Assembly (NCBI GenBank): GCA_038212275.1
Contig: JBBQUR010000006.1
Coordinates: 160,001 to 224,000 of the forward strand
DNA length: 64,000 nt
DNA from: Planctomycetota bacterium
GTDB lineage: Bacteria; Planctomycetota; B15-G4
Reading direction: 5' to 3'
Both the position numbers and the translations under genes were made by a program. Of this stretch, positions 1 through 21,569 are shown piece after piece (position 1 is the stretch's first letter; every line of letters begins with the position of its first letter). Under the pieces are notes generated by a model that saw only the letters and a list, made by a program, of their open reading frames with translations, had not been told where the DNA came from and searched no databases.

Positions 1-3000
1 GATGCACCACATCCTGGCGGACGCGTGGTCGCTGGACCTGCTCGTGCGCGAGCTGGCGGCGCACTACGCGGCCGCCGTCACGGGCCGGCCCGCCGAGCTG
101 CCGCTGCTCACCGTGCAATACGCGGATTTCGCCGCGTGGCAGGCGGAGCGCATGTCCGGCGACGCGCTGCGCCGGCAGGTCGAACACTGGAAGCGGCAGC
201 TCGACGGTGCGCCGACGATGCTGGAGCTGCCGACGGATCGGCCGCGGCCCGCGGAGCAGACCCATGCCGGCGCGGCGCACGCCTTCTCGCTGGGTCGCGG
301 CCTCACGGCAGCGCTGCGCGCCGCTGCGCAGCGCGCGTGGCAGCCGGCGTCGGGGGCACCGCGCGAGCAGCCCGTCACCGTCGCGATGCTGTGCCTGGCG
401 GGCTTCCATGCGCTGCTCGCCCGGCACAGCGGGCAGAAGGATCTCGTGCTGGGCATGCCCATCGCGAACCGCCCGCGCTCGGAGGTCGAGGACCTCATCG
501 GCATGTTCGTCAACACGCTGGCGCTGCGCATCGACGCTTCGGACGACCCCGAGTTCGGCGTGCTGCTGCAGCGCGTCCAGCGCGCCTGCCTGCAGGCCTA
601 CGATCATCAGGAGCTGCCCTTCGAGAAGCTCGTCGAGGAGCTCGTCCCTGAGCGGGATCTTTCGCGCACGCCGCTCTTCCAGGTGCTCTTCTCGATGAAC
701 GCGGCGCGCTCGGCGGAGCTGTCGGCCGCGGGCCTGACCCTCGGCGTGCTGCCCTTCGAGCTGACGCGCGTGCGCTTCGACCTGGAACTGCATCTGTTCG
801 AGGCCGAAGCCGACATCGACGCGCTGCTGGCCTTCAACACGGACCTCTTCGACGCGTCGACCATCGCGCGACTCGTCGGGCATCTGCAGCGCCTGCTCGA
901 GGCGGCCGTCGTCGCGCCGGAGACGCGCGTCTCGGCGCTGCCGCTGCTGCTCGACGACGAACGCGAGATGCTGCTCGCTGCGTGGGCGGGTGCGAAGGTT
1001 GGCGCGAGTGTTGGCGCGAAGGTTGGCGCGAAGGTCGAGGCCCCGCAGCAGGCCTGCCTGCACCAGCTCTTCGAGGCGCAGGCGGACCGCACGCCGGAGG
1101 CACCCGCGCTGAGGAGCGACGCGGGCTCGATCACCTACCGCGAGCTGGACGAGCGCAGCAACCGCCTCGCGCACCTGCTCGTGCAGCGCGGCGTCGGCCC
1201 GGAGAGCCGCATCGGGATCTGCATGGAGCGCAGTCACGCGATGGTCGTGGCCGTGCTCGCCGTGCTGAAGGCCGGCGCGGCCTACGTGCCGCTCGATCCG
1301 TCGTATCCCGAGGCCCGCCTGGCGCTCATGGCGCGCGTGGCGGCGCTGCCGATCATCCTGGCGGACGGCACGACGCGCGCGCTGCTGGCCGATCTCGCCG
1401 GCCGGCACGTCGCGGCGCCCGCGTCGCAGATCGCCGCATCGGATCTCGTCTCGCCAGGACTCGTCGCGCCGGAGATCCTCGTGCCGGGCACAGTCGTGCC
1501 CGACACCGTCGTGCTGGACACCGTCGCGCCGGACATCGTCGTGCCGGAAGACGAGTCCGCGCGTCTTTCCGCGTGTCCCGCGACTCGTGTCGCCCGCGCG
1601 GTCATGCCGCAGCAGCTGGCCTACGTGCTGTTCACCTCGGGATCCACCGGCGTGCCCAAGGGCGTGGCGATGCCGCACGCGCCGCTGGTCAACCTCATGC
1701 ACTGGCAGCGCGCGCACTCGGACGGCGGGCCGGGCAGCCGCACGCTGCAATTCGCGCCGCTCGCCTTCGATGTCTCATGCCAGGAACTCTTCGCGACGCT
1801 TGGCAGCGGCGGCACGCTGTGCCTGATCGACGACGAGATGCGCCGCGATCCGCAGGCGCTGCTGTCCTTTCTGGTCAGGCACGAGGTGCACCGGGTCTTC
1901 ATGCCCTTCGTCGCCATGCAGCAGATGATCGAAGTCGCGATCGCGCGCGATGCGGTGCCGCCTGCGCTGCGCGAGGTCATCACGGCGGGCGAGCAGCTGC
2001 AGGTCGGCGCCGCGCTGGTCGAGTTCTTCTCCCGCCTGCCGCAGTGCCGGCTCGTCAATCAGTATGGCCCGACCGAATGTCACGTCGTGACGTCGCTCAC
2101 GCTGGAGGGCGCGCCCGCCAGCTGGCCGCGCCTGCCGTCCATCGGCCGTCCCATCGACAACGTGCGGACCTGCGTGCTCGATGGCCTGATGCAGCCGACG
2201 CCGCTGGGCGTCGTGGGCGAGCTGTACCTCGGCGGCGTCGGCATCGCGCGCGGTTACCTCGGCGATGCGGAGCTCACGGCGCGGCGCTTCGTGCCCGATC
2301 CCTTCGCCACGGATCCGCAAGCGCGGCTCTACCGCACCGGGGATCTCGTGCGCTTCCTGGCCGATGGTTGCCTGGAATTCCTGGGCCGCGCCGACACGCA
2401 GGTCAAGCTGCGCGGCTTCCGTGTCGAGCTGGGCGAAGTGGAAGCCGTGCTGCTCGATCATCCGCGCGTGCAGCAGGCCGCGCTGCTCGTCCGCGAGGAT
2501 CTGCCCGGCGATCGCCGCCTCGTGGCCTACGTCGTGGCGGCCGGGGCGGACGACGGTCCGACGCCCACGCCGTGTGACCTGCGCGCCTTCCTCAAGGAGC
2601 GCCTTCCGGCGTACATGCTGCCGGCGGCTTTCGTGCTGCTGGCGTCGCTGCCGCTGACCCCCAGCGGCAAGCTGGACCGCAACGCGCTGCCCGCACCCGA
2701 GGGGCGCCCGTCCGGCCCGGACTTCGTGGCGCCGCGGACCGCGACCGAAACCAGGGTCGCCGGCATCTGGAGCGGCCTGCTGGGCGTGGAGCGTGTCGGT
2801 GTCCACGACGACTTCTTCGAACTCGGCGGCCATTCGCTGCTGGCCATGCAGGTCATCGCCCGCCTGCGCGATGCCTTCGGCGTGGCGCTTCCGCTGCGCG
2901 TGCTCTTCGAGTCGCCGAACGTTGCGGAGCTTGCAGGGCACGTCGACGCGCAGCGCCTGGCCGCGGCCGGTGCCACGCAGGCCCGGCTCGCGGCCGACGA

Positions 3001-3018
3001 CGACGAGGTCATCGAGCT

Positions 3019-3022
<4 letters not shown>
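1..3022 (+). CDS. NRPS, 5'-truncated by window edge: C-A-T module; A-domain code read by eye DVQFIAQVVK (Pro-like); acidic C-terminal docking motif
   Basis: HHILADAWS (C), YVLFTSGSTGVPKG (A3), NQYGPTE, YRTGD, SGKLDR, GGHSLL (T); ends ...DDDEVIEL. Confidence 0.95.
989..1036 (+). repeat. In-frame 12-bp tandem repeat x4 (GAKV/GASV) in the NRPS C-A linker
   Basis: ggtgcgaaggtt ggcgcgagtgtt ggcgcgaaggtt ggcgcgaaggtc. Confidence 0.9.
1445..1549 (+). repeat. In-frame degenerate 15-bp tandem repeat x7 inside the A domain
   Basis: LVSPG LVAPE ILVPG TVVPD TVVLD TVAPD IVVPE. Confidence 0.85.
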
Positions 3023-11301
<8,279 letters not shown>

Positions 11302-11305
<4 letters not shown>

Positions 11306-14300
11306 ACGACCGGCCGTCGTCCGAGCGTGACCGCGAGCAGCTCGCGGAGCTGCTGCGCAGACGCCGCGACGAGCGGCGCCTGCGCCCGGTCTCCTTCGCG
11401 CAGCGGCGCCTGTGGTTCCTCGACCAGCTGCTGCCCGACGGCACGCTCTACAACATCTGCTTCGCCTTCCGTCTGGGCGGGCCGCTCGACGTGGCGCTGC
11501 TGCGGGACTGCCTCGACGCGATCATCGCGCGACACGAAGTGCTGCGCACGACCTTCGAGGCGCGCGACGGCGAGCCCGTGCAGAAGGTGGGCGATGCGCA
11601 GCCGCTCGGCCTCGAGCTGGTGGAGCTCGGTGTGGTGCCGCGCGGAGAGCGCCTGGCCGAGGTCCGACGCTGGGCGCACGATCTCGGCAGTCGCCCCTTC
11701 GATCTCGCGCAGGGACCTCTCGTGCGCGGGCGGCTGCTGCGGCTCGCGGACGACGAGCATGTCCTGGTGCTCGCCATCCACCACATCGCCTTCGACGGCT
11801 GGTCCAGCGCGCTGCTGGTGGACGAGCTGGCCGCGCTGTACGCAGCGGGCGCGACCGCGCACCCGGGCGGCGCCGCCGGCCCGACGGCACCGGCCACACC
11901 GCCGCGTCCGTCCGCGCTCGCGCCTCTCGCCATCCAGTACGGCGACTTCGCCGCGTGGCAGCGCACGCAACTCGACGACGCGGCGCTGAAGGTTCACCTC
12001 GACTACTGGCGCGGCAAGCTGGCCGACGCGCCGGTGCTCGATCTTCCCACCGACCATGCCCGCCCGCCCGTGCCGCGGCATGCGAGCGCGCGTCGCTCGG
12101 TGGACCTCGGGGCGGACGTCGTGGCGGCACTGCAACGCCTCGGCCGCGAGAGCGGCAGCACGCTTTTCGCCACGCTGCTCGCAGCGCTGAAAGTCCTGCT
12201 GCATCGCTACACCGGCCAGGTGGATCTCGTCGTCGGCTCGCCGATCGCGGGACGCAACCGGCCCGAGACCGAGAAGCTCATCGGCTGCTTCGTGAACAGC
12301 CTCGTGCTGCGCACCGATCTCTCCGGCGACCCGAGCTTCCGGCAACTCCTCGGCCGCGTGCGCGAGACGGTGCTCGGCGCCTTCGAGCACGAGGACCTGC
12401 CCTTCGAGAAGCTCGTCGAGGCGCTGCAACCCGAGCGCGACATGAGCCGCAATCCCTTCTTCCAGGTGCTCTACTCCTTCCAGGGCGCGGCGGACTTCCA
12501 GGCGCCGGCGGGCGCGGACGCGGGCGCGCCCGCCGGCGCACTCGACATCCGCGCGCTGGAACTGGACTCGGGCACGACGCGGCTCGACCTCGAGGTCTAC
12601 GCCTTCAGCGGGGCGCACGGCCTGCGCGTGATGATCAACTACCGCACCGACCTGTTCGAGGCCGACACGATCGAGCGCATGCTCGGGCACTTCGCGACGC
12701 TTCTGGAAGGCATCGCGGCGCATCCCGACTGCCGCCTCTCCGAACTGCCGCTCCTCGGCGCCGACGAGGCCCGGTTCCTGCTCGAGACGTGGGGCCGATC
12801 CGCACTCGCGCTGCCCGCCGAGCGCACGGTGCACGCGCTCGTCGCGGCCCAGGTGGCGCGGACTCCGCACGCGGTGGCCGTCGGCATGGGCGAGGAACGC
12901 CTCAGCTATGCCGCGCTGCACGAGCGCGCCGTCCGCCTTGCCGCGCGGCTGACGGCGCTCGGTGTCGGACCCGGCGATCTCGTCGGCGTGTGCCTGCAGC
13001 GCAGTCCGGGAATGATCGTCGCGGTGCTTGCCGTGCTGGAGGCGGGGGCCGGCTACGTGCCGCTCGATCCTGGCTACCCTGCCGACCGCATCGTCTTCAT
13101 GCTGCAGGACGCGCAAGTGCGCGTCCTGCTCACGACCAGCGACCTGGCCGCGCACCTGTCCGTGCAGGACACGACCGTGCTCTGCCTCGATGCGGAGGAG
13201 ACGGCTGCGGAGCTGGTACCGGCTGCGCAGCAGGCCCCGTTGGCGCAGCAGGTCCGAGAGGCCGCGGACTCCGCCTCTTCGGCCTCACCCGTCGCGGTCG
13301 GGGCGTCTGCGCCCGGACGCCGCGCCGGACCCGAGGACCTGGCCTACGTGATCTACACCTCGGGCTCGACGGGACGCCCGAAAGGCGTGGCCGTCCCGCA
13401 CCGCACGGTGGTCAACCTGCTGGCCTCGATGCGTCGCGCGCCGGGCCTCGATGCGGACGACGTGCTGCTCGCCGTGACCACGCTGTCCTTCGACATCTCG
13501 GTGCTGGAGATCTTCCTGCCGCTGATCGTCGGTGCGCGGGTGGAGATCGCCGCGCGCGAGGAAGCCGCCGACGGCCACGCGCTGGCGCGCCGCCTCGCGG
13601 AGTCCGGCGCGACCTTTCTGCAGGCCACGCCGGCGACCTTCCGCATGCTGCTCGAGGCCGGCTGGGAGGGCGACGGGCGCCTGAAGGTGGTGCTCGGCGG
13701 CGAGGCCTGGGGCTGGGATCTCGCGTCGGAGCTGCTGGCGCGCTGCGGCCCGGTGTGGAACGGCTACGGCCCGACCGAGGCCACGGTCTACGCCACGATG
13801 CGGCAAGTGCAGCCCGGCGAAGGGCGCGTGAACATGGGCGGCGCTGTCGGCAACGTCACGCTGCACGTCCTCGACGCGTGGCAGAAGCCCGTGCCCATCG
13901 GCGTGCCGGGCGAGCTGCACATCGGCGGCGCGGGCGTCGCGCTCGGCTACCTCAATCGTCCCGAGCTGACGGCCGAGCGCTTCGTGCCCGACCCCTTCGC
14001 CACGACGCCGGGCGCGCGCTGCTACCGCACCGGCGACAAGGTGCGCTTCCGCGCCGACGGCAGCATCGAGTATCTCGGCCGCCTCGACCAGCAGATCAAG
14101 CTGCGCGGCTTCCGCATCGAGCCGGGCGAGATCCAGGACGCGCTGTCACGCCATCCGTGCGTGGCGGACTCGCTGGTCGTGGTGCGCGAGGATCGGCCCG
14201 GCGACCAGCGCCTCGTGGCCTACGTCGTGACGCGCGGCCCGGAGCTGCCTTCGACCGCGGAGCTGCCCTCGATCGCGGAGCTGCGCGACTTCCTGCGCGA

Positions 14301-17300
14301 CAGCCTGCCCGAGTACATGCTGCCGAGCGCGTGCGTGCGCCTGTCGGCCTTCCCGCTGACGCCGGTGGGGAAGATCGACCGCAAGGCGCTTCCCGTGCCG
14401 GACGCCGGCCGCGCCGAGCCCTCCGCAGCCCGCGTCGCGCCGCAGGGGCCGGTGCAGGAAGTGCTCGCAGGCCTGTGGGCCACCGTGCTCGGCGTCGAGC
14501 GCGTGAGCGCGCACGACGACTTCTTCGAACTCGGCGGGCACTCGCTGCTGGCGACGCGGCTTGCGAGCCGCATCCGCGACGCCTTCGAGGTGGAGCTGCC
14601 GCTGGCGGAGATCTTCAACGCTCCGACGGTGGCCGGCCTCGCCGCGCGCATCGACTCGCTGCGCAGCGGCCCGCCCGTGCACGCTTCGCCGGCGCTCGTT
14701 GCGGCGCCTGCCGGCACGCCCGCGCCGCTCTCGTTCCAGCAACAGCGCCTGTGGTTCCTGGCCGAGCTCGACCCGCACAGTGCCGGCTACAACATGGGCG
14801 TCGCGTACCGGATGCACGGTGTGCTGGATGCGGCCGCGCTGGCCGGCAGCCTGGCTGCCCTCGTGGATCGGCACGCTGCGCTGCGCTGCCGCTTCCCGTC
14901 CGTCGACGGCCGGCCGGTCGTGGTGCTCGCGCCGGAGCTTGCCGTCCCGCTGCAACACGTGGACGTGTCGTCGCTGCCCGAGGAGCAGCGCCGGGAGGCG
15001 GCAGACGAGGCGCGGCGCGCGGAGGCCGCACGGCCCTTCGACCTGGCGGCCGGTCCGCTCGTGCGCGCCGTGCTCGTGAAGCTCTCCGCGCAGGAACACC
15101 TGCTGCTGCTGTCGATGCATCACATCGTCTCCGATGCCGGTTCGCTGGAGGTGCTGTGGCGCGAGTTGTCGCAGCACTACACGGCCGCGCTCGAGGGACG
15201 AGCGGCGCAGCTTGCACCGCTGCCATTGCAGTACGCCGACTACGCGCGCTGGCAGCGCGACCTGCTCGCCGGCCCCCGCCTGCAGGCCGAGCTCGACTGG
15301 TGGCGCGCGACGCTTGCGGGCAGTGCCCCGGCGCTGGAACTGCCCACGGACCATCCGCGCCCGAGATGGCAGCGCTCCGCAGGCGGCAGCGAGACGCTCT
15401 CCGTGGATGGCGCGACGCTGGGCGCGCTGCGCACCCTGGGCGGCCGGCATGGCGCCTCGCTCTTCATGGTGCTGCTCGCCGCCTGGGAGGTGCTGCTCAT
15501 GCGCACCTCGGGCGTGGAGGACATCGTCGTCGGCACACCCGTCTCGGGGCGCACGCGCACGGAGGTGGAGGGACTGGCCGGCTTCTTCATCAACACGCTC
15601 GTGCTGCGCAACGACCTGTCGGGCGGGCCGAGCTTCCGCGAACTGCTGGCGCGCGTGCGCCGCTCCACTCTGGCGGCCTTCTCGCACCAGGACATTCCCT
15701 TCGAGAAGCTGGTCGAGGAACTCGCGCCACCGCGCGACCTCGGCCGCAACCCGATCTTCCAGGTCTTCGTCAACCTCATCGACGTGTCGGACGACACGGG
15801 CCTGCAGCTGCCCGGCCTGCGCGTGGAAGCCGCCGGCGGCGGGGGCATGGAGATCTCGAAGTTCGACCAGACGCTGTACCTCTTCGTCGCGGCGGACGGT
15901 CTGGCTGTCCGGCTCAACTACAACAGCGACCTGTGGGATGGATCGTCCGCGCGCGAGACGCTGCGCCGCTTCGGCACGCTGCTCGCCGCGATCGCGGCCG
16001 ATGCGGAGCGACCGATCACGACGCTGCCGCTCGTGCCTCCCGAAGAGCGACTGCAGCTCGCGGCGCGGCGCAACGCGGACGTCGTCCGTCACGGCTTCGT
16101 GCCCTTTGCCGAGTCCGAGGTGGAGCAGTCCATCGGAGAACGCTTCGCTGCGCAGGTGGCGCGCAGCCCCGACCGCCTCGCCGTCGAGACGCCGGACGAG
16201 GCGTGGAGCTATGCGGAGGTCGATGCGCTCGCGCGCCGCGCGGCCTGCGCCCTGCGGGACGCGCTGGACGCCCGGCATGTGGCCGGGCCGCAGCGTATCG
16301 CGCTGCTGCTCAGACCCGGCGGGCCGCAACTCTCCGCAGTGCTTGGCACGCTGCTCGGCGGCCACGCCTACGTGCCGCTCGATCCCGCGTATCCCGAAGC
16401 GTGGTTGCGCTTCGTGCTGGAGGACACGGGCGCGGCGGCGCTGCTCACCGACGGACGCAGCGTGGAACTCGCGCGCCGCCTGGCCGGCAAGGCCGTGGTC
16501 CTCGACCTCGATGCGCTGCCCGCGGCCGACGGCGCGGCGAGCGCACCTGGCGCACCTGGCGCGGATGGCGCGGCCGGCGCCGTCGACGTGGCGAGGCCAC
16601 TGCCGCACGTGTCGCCCGATGCGCTTGCCTACATCCGCTACACCTCTGGCTCCACGGGCAGACCCAAGGGCGTCATGCAGAGCCACCGCGGGTTGCTCGC
16701 CCACATCCGTGCCTACACCAACACGCTGCACATCGATGCGAGCGATCGGGTCTCCGCTTTCTCGTCCTACACGCACGACGGCGGACTCATGGATCTCTAC
16801 GCGGCGCTGCTCAACGGCGCCACGCTGTGTCCGCTGTCGCTGCGCGAACGCACGCCGGGAGAGACGGTCGCGCTCATCGAGGCGCTGGGCATCACGATCT
16901 ACCACGCGACGCCCTCCGCCTTCCGCCACGTCATGGGCGCCATGGCCGAGGGACGCACGCTGCCGCGCGTGCGGCTCGTGGTCTTCGGCGGCGAAGAGCC
17001 GCGTCCCGACGATCTGCTGCTGTATCGCCGGCACTTCGAGCGCACGTGCTGGCTCGTGAACGGACTGGGCTCCACGGAGTCCTCGCAGGCGCTGCAGGGT
17101 TTCCTGAACCACGACTCGCCGCTGGATCGCGCGCGGCTTCCCGTCGGCCACGCCATCGAGGGCACGCAGGTCGTGCTGCTCGACGCGGACGGCCGCGAGA
17201 CGGATGCCTTCGGGGAGATCGGCATCCGCAGCGACCACATTGCGCTGGGCTACTGGAACAATCCCGAAAAGACGGCGGCCGTGTTTTCTCCGGGCCCTGC

Positions 17301-20300
17301 GGGAACCGGGCGCGTGCGCCAGTATCGAAGCGGCGACATGGCGCGCCGACTGCCCGACGGGCGCCTGCAGTGGCTCGGCCGCAAGGACGGACAGGTCAAG
17401 ATCCGCGGCTACCGCGTGGAGCCCGGCGAGGTCGCGGCGATCCTCGGAGCGCTGCCCGGCGTGAGGCAGGCGGCAGTCGTCGCGCGGCCCGGGCCCGATG
17501 GCGAGGCGTGTCTCGTCGCCTATGTCGTGGGCGACGAGGCTCGCCCGCCGGACGTCGCGAGCCTGCGCATCGCGCTGGCCGAGCACCTGCCCGAGCACAT
17601 GCTGCCGCGCGCCGTCGTCGCGCTGCCCGCGCTGCCGGTCAAACCTTCCGGCAAGCTCGATCGCGAGGGGCTGCCGGAGCCCGCGTGGTCCTCCGCACGG
17701 CCCATGGATTCCTGGCGACCGCCGGCGACGGCCACCGAGGAGGCTGTTGCGGCGATTTACGCGCAGGTGCTCGGCGTGCCCGCCGTGGGAGCCGACGACG
17801 GATTTTTCGCTCTGGGCGGGCACTCGCTGCTTGCGACGCAGGTCGTGAGCCGTGCGCGCGCGGCCTTCGACGTCGAGCTGCCGCTGATGGAGATCTTCGA
17901 GCACCCGGGCGTGGCTGCGCTGGCGCGGCGCATCGAGGCGCTGCGGCGTCGCGCCGTGACAAGCGACCTCGACGCGCCAGTGGCTGCGCCGGCCGATGCG
18001 ACGCCGGTGCTCTCCTTCGGCCAGCAGCGCTTCTGGTTCCTCGAGCAGCTTCAGGTGGGGACGGCAGCGCACAACATGCACGCGGTCTGGCGGCTGCAGG
18101 GCGCGCTCGACGTGGAGGCGCTGCAGCGCGCGCTCACCGACATCGTCCGACGTCACGACGTGCTGCGCACCAGCTTTCCCGCGGGCGCGGACGGCGAACC
18201 GCAGTGCCGCATCGCCGCGCCGGCGGATGTTCCGCTCGCCCGAATCGACCTGTCGATGCCCGACCTGTCGACGCCCGAGCTGCCGACGCCCAGCCTGTCG
18301 ACGCCCAGCCTGTCGGCGCACGGCCCGGCGGCGCGCATCGACGCTGAGTCGGCTCGCGAGGCGCGAGTCCTGGAACTGGCCGCGGCGGAATCGCGCACGC
18401 CCTTCGACATCGCCACGGGGCCCTTGCTGCGCGTGCGGCTCGTGCGGATGTCCGAGCACGACCACGTCTTCATGCTCACGATCCACCACATGATCAGCGA
18501 CGCATGGTCGGTGGGGATCTTCTGGCGCGAACTGGTCGCGCTGTACTCGGCCTTTGCGGCCGGCCAGGCCTCGCCGCTGCCCGCGCTGCTCCTGCAGTAC
18601 ACCGACGTCGCGGCCTGGCAGCGCACGGCTCTCGTCGATGAACGCCTGGCCGCACAGCTCGCCTACTGGACGAAGCAGCTCGCCGGCGCGCCGGCGCTGC
18701 TTGAGCTGCCGACGGATCGTCCGCGGCCCGCGGTGGAGAGTTCCGAGGGCGCACGCTGCTCGCGCAGCCTCGGGCCTGAGCTGACAACCGCACTCAAGCA
18801 GCTGGCGCTGCGCCAGGAGGCCACGCTCTTCATGGTGCTGCTCGCGGGCTTCGGGGCGCTGCTCCAGCGCTACACCTCGCAGGACGACATCGTGGTCGGC
18901 GTGCCCGTCGCGGGGCGCACGCGCGTCGAGACCGAGGCGCTCATCGGGCTCTTCGTGAACTCGCTCGTGCTGCGCACCGACCTGTCGGGCGATCCGGGTT
19001 TCGATCAGCTGCTGCAGCGCGTGCGCGGCGTGAGCCTCGGTGCCTTCGCCCATCAGGAGCTGCCCTTCGAGCGGCTGGTGCAGGAGTTGCGCCCGCCGCG
19101 CGAGCTCAGTCATCACCCTGTCTTCCAGGTGCAGTTCGTGCTGCAGAATGCACCGCGCACGCGCGATCCGCTGCCCGGCCTCCAGCTGCAGGTGATGGGG
19201 ACGGAGCGCACGACCTCGCCGTTCGACCTGACGCTCTTCGCCTGGGAGTCGGGCGATCGGCTGGCGCTGACGGCCGAGTACAAGACCGCGCTCTTCGACG
19301 CGGGCACCGTGGAGGGCATGCTCGCGCACCTGGAGACGCTGCTCGCGGGGGCTGCCGCAGAGCCGGGGCGGCGACTGTCGAAGCTGCCGCTGCTCGGCGA
19401 GGTGGCGCGCCGTCAGCTGCTCGATCAGTGGAACGCGAGCGGGGTCAACTGGCCGGACATCGCCAGCGTGCACGCGCTCGTCGAGGCGCAGGTGCGGCGC
19501 ACTCCGGACGCCGTCGCGGTCGAGTGGGAGGGCCGGCGGCTCACCTACGCGGAGCTCGACCGCCGCGCCCGGCAGATCAGCGGGCGTCTGCGCGCGCTGG
19601 GCATCGGCCGCGGCTCGCGCGTGGGCCTCTGCCTCGAGCGCAGCGGCGATCTCGTCGCCTCCCTGCTGGGCATCCTGCAGTCGGGCGCCGCCTACGTGCC
19701 GCTGGATCCGACGCATCCGGCCGAGCGCCTCCGCTTCATCCTGGCCGATGCCGAGGTGCACGCTCTGGTGACGCGAAGCGGCTTGCTCGCGGGCCTCGGG
19801 CCGGAGGTTGGTGCGCTGGCCACGCTGCTGCTGGACCGCGAGGAGTCTGCCGACGCAGGGGCCGACGACGCGAGGCTGCCCGAGGTCGAGGTCTCGCGCG
19901 AGGATCTGGCCTACGTCATCTACACCTCCGGGTCGACCGGCCGCCCCAAGGGCGTGCAGGTGCCACACGGCGCGGTGGTGAACTTCCTGCTGTCCATGCA
20001 GCAGCGCCCCGGCCTGGCACCCGAGGACGTCTTCGTCTCGGTGACGACGGTCGCCTTCGACATCGCGGTGCTGGAACTCTTCGGCCCGCTCAGCGTCGGC
20101 GCACGCGTCGTGCTCGTGTCGGCCGCCGCCGCTGCGGATGGCATGCAGCTGGAGAGCAGGCTGGCACAGTCGCGCGCCACGATCTGCCAGGCCACGCCGG
20201 CCACATGGCGGCTGCTGCTGGAGGCCGGCTGGGCAGGTGACCGGCGGCTGCGCATTCTCTGCGGAGGCGAGGCCTGGTCACGTGATCTGGCCGATCAGCT

Positions 20301-21423
20301 GCTCCCGCGTTGCGGCGCCCTCTGGAACATGTATGGTCCGACCGAGACCACGGTCTGGTCGGCGGTGCAGCGCGTGGAGGCGGGCGGCGCGCCGGTCTCG
20401 ATCGGCACGCCCGTCGCGAACACGACGCTGCACGTGCTGGATGCCTCCGGCGAGCCGCTGCCCGTCGGCGTGCCGGGCGAGTTGTGCATCGGCGGCGCGG
20501 GCGTGGCGCGCGGCTACTGGAAGCGGCCCGAGCTGACGGCAGAGCGCTTCGTGCCGGACGTGCTGCAGGCGATCCCCGCTGCGCCAGCGCAGCCCATTGC
20601 GCAGGCAAGTCACGGTGCGCAGGCAAGTCAGGGTGCGCAGGCGGATCACGGTGCGCGCCTCTACCGGACCGGAGACCGCGTGCGTCGCCGGGCCGACGGC
20701 ACGCTGGAGTTTCTCGGCCGCCTCGATCACCAGGTGAAGGTGCAGGGCTTCCGGATCGAACCGGGCGAGATCGAGTCGGTGCTCGCGGCGCATCCGGGCG
20801 TGCGCGAGGCCGTGGTCGTGGCGCACGCCTTCGGCCCCGGCGACACGCGGCTGGTCGCCTATGTCGCGTCCTCCGGCGAGCAGCCGCCGACGACCGCTGC
20901 GCTGCAGGCCGCCGTGCGCGCGCGGCTTCCCGAATACATGCTGCCGTCGGTCTTCGTACCGCTGGCTGCACTGCCCCGCACGCCGAACGGCAAGCTCGAC
21001 CGCGCGGCGCTGCCCGCGCCGGAGCGCGTGCGCGTGCGGGCCGACTCCGCGGCGACGCTGCCTCGGTCGCCGCTCGAGAAGCAGCTTGCCGCGATCTGGC
21101 AGGACCTGCTCAAGATCGACACGGTCTCCGTGCAGGACAACTTCTTCGATCTCGGCGGTCACTCGCTGTTGTCGATGCGCGTCGTCGCGCGCCTGCAGCG
21201 CGAGGCGGGCGTGCACCTCAATCCCGGCGAACTGGTCCTGCAGACGCTGGGCCAGGTGGCCGCGGCGTGCGAGCGCGCGCTGGAGGCACGGGACACGGCT
21301 GACGGAGCCGCTGACCCGACTGCGGCGGCAAGCGGAACGAGCAGCGCGTCCGGGGCGCCGCCGCGAGAGCCCGGCTGGCTGGCCAGGCTGCTGGGACGCG
21401 GGCGGCGCCTGGACGAGCGCTGA
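11302..21423 (+). CDS. Trimodular NRPS C-A-T-C-A-T-C-A-T (A codes DILQVGGVYK, DGMHVGGQAK, DILQLGMVWK = Gly); no TE/R domain
   Basis: 3373 aa ORF; C motifs HHIAFDG, HHIVSDA, HHMISDA; three YTSGSTGRPKG A3 motifs; three GGHSLL T motifs; ATGA overlap with upstream gene. Confidence 0.95.
18247..18318 (+). repeat. In-frame 15-bp tandem repeat ~x5 inside a C domain
   Basis: DLSMP DLSTP ELPTP SLSTP SLSA. Confidence 0.85.
20599..20652 (+). repeat. In-frame 18-bp tandem repeat x3 inside an A domain
   Basis: gcgcaggcaagtcacggt gcgcaggcaagtcagggt gcgcaggcggatcacggt. Confidence 0.9.
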
Positions 21424-21487
21424 ACTCCGCCCTTACGGCGTCGTGCTCTTCACCGCGTTCGAGAGCGAGAAGCCGGTGCACCGGTCG

Positions 21488-21558
21488 GGCGCCGAGGCCG
21501 TGGCGCCGAGGCCGTGGCGCAGAGGTCGCGGCGCAGGGGTCGCGGCGCAGCGGCCCGC
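21488..21558. repeat. Intergenic 14-bp tandem repeat x5 between convergent NRPS and carboxypeptidase genes
   Basis: ggcgccgaggccgt x2, ggcgcagaggtcgc, ggcgcaggggtcgc, ggcgcagcggcccg. Confidence 0.85.
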
Positions 21559-21569
21559 GGGGCGGGCCG

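Noticed and set aside
11412..19968. Very long alternative-frame and antisense ORFs (2311 aa, 1940 aa and similar throughout the window)
   Set aside because: Arg/Ala/Gly-rich shadow ORFs expected at this GC content; they overlap well-supported genes and lack motifs.
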